Shown: positions 61,581 to 64,000 of the stretch, piece by piece
Layout of the letters: each line of letters begins with the position of its first letter
How positions within the stretch are numbered: position 1 is the first letter of the stretch
Assembly (NCBI GenBank): GCA_964533525.1
Contig: CAZHJV010000001.1
Coordinates: 13,928-77,927 of the forward strand
DNA length: 64,000 nt
Direction: 5' to 3'
Origin: an uncultured Methanomassiliicoccales archaeon
GTDB lineage: Archaea > Thermoplasmatota > Thermoplasmata > Methanomassiliicoccales > Methanomethylophilaceae
Notes under the pieces: model-generated
Database searches by the model: none
Seen by the model: the letters and a program-made list of their open reading frames with translations, nothing else
Told to the model about the DNA's origin: nothing
Position numbers and translations under genes: made by a program

Positions 61581-64000
61581 TCGCCTCCGTCATAGTCGCC
61601 GCCGTCGTCGTAATCGGTGCTCTCCTCGTCTCCGTCGGAGTCGAAGTCGTCCTCTCCGATGCCCTCGAGATCCTTCTCGCGGGCTCCGTAGTCGTCTCCG
61701 CTGTTCTCCTTCTGGTCGACGTTGAGCAGCTTGTCCGCGTCGTCGCCGAGGACCTCCGCCAGGAGGTCGTTGATGTCGATCGCTTTTCCGCGGACGGCGC
61801 GGGACGGGTCGATACCGTCCTCTCCGTACCTGAACTGGACGATCGTTCCGACGGTGTTCCTGACGGTTCCGTCGGAAGTCAGTTTGAGGTCCTCGAGTGC
61901 GGAGATCAGACGCCTCTGCATGTATCCGGACCTCGAAGTCCTGACCGCGGTATCGACCAGTCCCTCTCTTCCTCCCATTGCGTGGAAGAAGAACTCGGTG
62001 GGGCTGAGTCCGCTCTTGTAGGAGTCGGAGCAGAATCCCCTGGCGTACGCGCCCAGGTCTCCCTTGTGGAAGTGGGGCAGGGTCCTGTCCCAGTATCCTC
62101 TCGCGATCCTCTCACCGCGGACGGCCTGCTGTCCGACGCAACCCGCCATCTGGGACAGGTTAAGCATCGAACCGCGGGCTCCGGTCTTCGCCATGATGAC
62201 GGCGGGGTTGGACATACCCAGATAGTTACCCGCAATGGTACCTGCCTGGTCACGGGCCCCTGCGAGGGTGCTCATGATGTTGACCTCGAGGGTATCCCTC
62301 AGGGACCTTCCGGGCATCTCGGCGAGGGTTCCCTCGCGGTAGGAGCTGACGAGGTCGTCCACCTTCTGGATGCACTCGGAGCTGTTGGTGTTGATCTGGT
62401 CGACGGCCTGCAGGGGGATGTCTTCATCGGAGATACCGGTGGAGAATCCGTGGTCCATGATGGCGCCGAGGGCGAGCCTCGTGACCTCGTTGAGGAACTT
62501 GGCGGCGCGGTCCGCTCCGTAGTCGCGGGCGATGCGCTCGAGGATCTTTCCCTTGCTGTTCCCGATACCCTTCTCGTCGATGGTTCCCATGAGGAGCTGC
62601 CCGTTGCGGATCTTCACATATCCGTCCCAGGGGCACTCCTCCTTCTTGCAGGCGCCCTGGCACTGGCACACGGCGGCCTTGTAGGTGATGTTGAAATCGG
62701 GGGGCAGGAGGAGGGAGAACAGCTGTTTCCCGGTCCAGTAGGGCTTCCCGTTCTCATCGGTGCCGGCGGGCTCGGGGACCTTGACGTCCGGGAGCTTCAG
62801 GAGGATGTTCATGGCCTCGTAGCGGTCGAAGTGGGGTCCTCCGTCCTTACCGTGGGTGAGGAAGTAGGCTCCGGTGATGTGGTCGTGGATGCCTCCGATG
62901 ATAGGTCCTCCGTACCTCGGGGAGAGGATGTTCTCCTGGACCTGCATGAGGATACGCGCCTCGGCGCGGGCCTCGTCGGACTGGAGGACGTGGAGGTTCA
63001 TCTCATCGCCGTCGAAGTCGGCGTTGTAGGGTGCGCAGACGCAGAGGTTGAACCTGAAGGTACGTCCGGGCATGACTCTCACGCGGTGGGCCATGATGGA
63101 CATCCTGTGCAGCGAAGGCTGCCTGTTGAACAGGACGACGTCGCCGTCGACGAGCTGCCTCTCGACGGTGTAGTCGATCTCGAGACCCTCGGCGACCTCG
63201 GCCGCGTTGTGGTCGGTGACCCTGATCCTCCTTCCGTCGGACCTGATGACGTAGTTGGCGCCGGGCTTGTAGCCGTCGGTCTCGTCGGGGGCGGGTCCGC
63301 GGGATACGAGTTCCCTCATCAGGTCGATGTTGTGCTCGTTCACGTGGACGGGGACGGTGAGTTCCCTGGCCGCGATGATAGGCACGCCGACCTCGTTGAT
63401 GGACAGGTTGGGGTCGGGCGAGATGACGGTACGGGCCGAGAAGTTGACACGCTTACCGGACAGGTTGGATCTGAAACGTCCCTCCTTACCCTTCAGCCTC
63501 TGGGCGAGGGTCTTCAGCGGGCGGCCGGACCTGTGCCTCGCGGGCGGGATACCGGACGTCTGGTTGTCGAAGTAGGTGGTGACGTGGTACTGCAGGAGTT
63601 CCCACAGATCCTCGACGATCAGCTGGGGTGCTCCCGCGTCACGGTTCTCCCTGAGCCTCTGGTTGATCCTGAGGACGTCGACCAGCTTGTGGGTGAGGTC
63701 GTCCTCGGACCTGTCTCCGGAGTCGAGGGTGATGGAAGGCCTGACGGTCACGGGCGGGACGGCGAGGGCGGTGAGGACCATCCACTCGGGCCTGCAGGTG
63801 GCGGGGGCGATGCCGAGCGCCCTCAGGTCGTCGTCGGGGATCCTCTCGAGTCTCTCGCGGACCTCTTTGGCGGTCAGTTTGTGGTTGTCGTTGACCTCCC
63901 TGAAGGTGGTGGGCTTGTCGAGTTTGATCTTGATCTGCTCCGCGCCGCAGTAAGGGCAGACGCCTTTGGACGAAGCGTCCTTGACGGTCTCCTTGCTGTA
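61577..64000 (-). CDS. rpoA1: DNA-directed RNA polymerase subunit A' (5' end beyond the right edge)
   Basis: NADFDGDEMNLH (catalytic DFDGD), RQPSLHRMS. The frame stays open upstream of the track start at 63781; my translation of 63782-64000 reads ..VCPYCGAEQIKIKLDKPTTFREV..LGIAPATCRPEW. Confidence 0.95.
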   Translation of the reverse strand, partial: YSKETVKDASSKGVCPYCGAEQIKIKLDKPTTFREVNDNHKLTAKEVRERLERIPDDDLRALGIAPATCRPEWMVLTALAVPPVTVRPSITLDSGDRSEDDLTHKLVDVLRINQRLRENRDAGAPQLIVEDLWELLQYHVTTYFDNQTSGIPPARHRSGRPLKTLAQRLKGKEGRFRSNLSGKRVNFSARTVISPDPNLSINEVGVPIIAARELTVPVHVNEHNIDLMRELVSRGPAPDETDGYKPGANYVIRSDGRRIRVTDHNAAEVAEGLEIDYTVERQLVDGDVVLFNRQPSLHRMSIMAHRVRVMPGRTFRFNLCVCAPYNADFDGDEMNLHVLQSDEARAEARILMQVQENILSPRYGGPIIGGIHDHITGAYFLTHGKDGGPHFDRYEAMNILLKLPDVKVPEPAGTDENGKPYWTGKQLFSLLLPPDFNITYKAAVCQCQGACKKEECPWDGYVKIRNGQLLMGTIDEKGIGNSKGKILERIARDYGADRAAKFLNEVTRLALGAIMDHGFSTGISDEDIPLQAVDQINTNSSECIQKVDDLVSSYREGTLAEMPGRSLRDTLEVNIMSTLAGARDQAGTIAGNYLGMSNPAVIMAKTGARGSMLNLSQMAGCVGQQAVRGERIARGYWDRTLPHFHKGDLGAYARGFCSDSYKSGLSPTEFFFHAMGGREGLVDTAVRTSRSGYMQRRLISALEDLKLTSDGTVRNTVGTIVQFRYGEDGIDPSRAVRGKAIDINDLLAEVLGDDADKLLNVDQKENSGDDYGAREKDLEGIGEDDFDSDGDEESTDYDDGGDYDGGE

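Noticed and set aside
1-64000. CRISPR arrays, transposases, integrases or prophage next to the four tRNA genes
   Set aside because: There are no regularly spaced direct repeats, no DDE/Tyr/Ser-recombinase-like ORFs, and no duplicated tRNA 3' halves near 1291-1376, 34002-34079, 36681-36755 or 38937-39013. The flanking genes are ordinary chromosomal genes.

Overview
GC-rich archaeal chromosomal segment with short AT-rich intergenic spacers. I call 58 protein-coding genes (one open at each window edge) and 4 tRNAs. I saw no rRNA, CRISPR array, transposase or integrase. Archaeal identity follows from the split RNA polymerase A'/A'' genes in an rpoA1-rpoA2-rpl30e-nusA operon, a thermosome, GatD/GatE, S17e/L30e, ThyX and an NFACT/RqcH homolog. 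No called gene ends in TAG (49 TGA, 8 TAA). Together with gut-type adhesin-like repeat proteins, this suggests a pyrrolysine-decoding Thermoplasmatota lineage such as Methanomassiliicoccales; this is inference, since no methanogenesis genes lie in the window. Housekeeping content: proA, ths-grpE-dnaK-dnaJ, type III glutamine synthetase, apt, hypE, hypB, purD-truA-translin, pyrF, gatDE. Main hunt results: (1) A translationally coupled four-gene operon at 9095-14696 encodes a GH3 amido-synthetase, a STAS antagonist, a MATE exporter fused to an RsbW-like kinase domain, and a membrane PP2C phosphatase fused to a second RsbW-like domain. This is a partner-switching module in an organism without sigma factors. 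(2) A five-gene cluster at 26864-31452 encodes two Zn-ribbon proteins, a small membrane protein, a coiled-coil protein and an SPFH protein with double Zn-ribbons; it resembles the Bacillus pspA-ydjGHI membrane-stress module. (3) The 10-mer TCTGGCACAT and close variants recur far more often than chance allows, in coding and intergenic DNA. (4) A 1937-aa AglB/STT3-like membrane protein is fused to about 1000 aa of beta-sandwich repeats. (5) RpoA'' carries an N-terminal extension of about 95 aa with a helix-hairpin-helix-like segment. (6) An overlapping NYN nuclease / TRAM-like gene pair. (7) Two candidate ATA-initiated reading frames with the same SD-N7-9-ACC-ATA-GG context. Many long ORFs in the track are codon-aligned antisense or alternate-frame shadows of real genes and were rejected.
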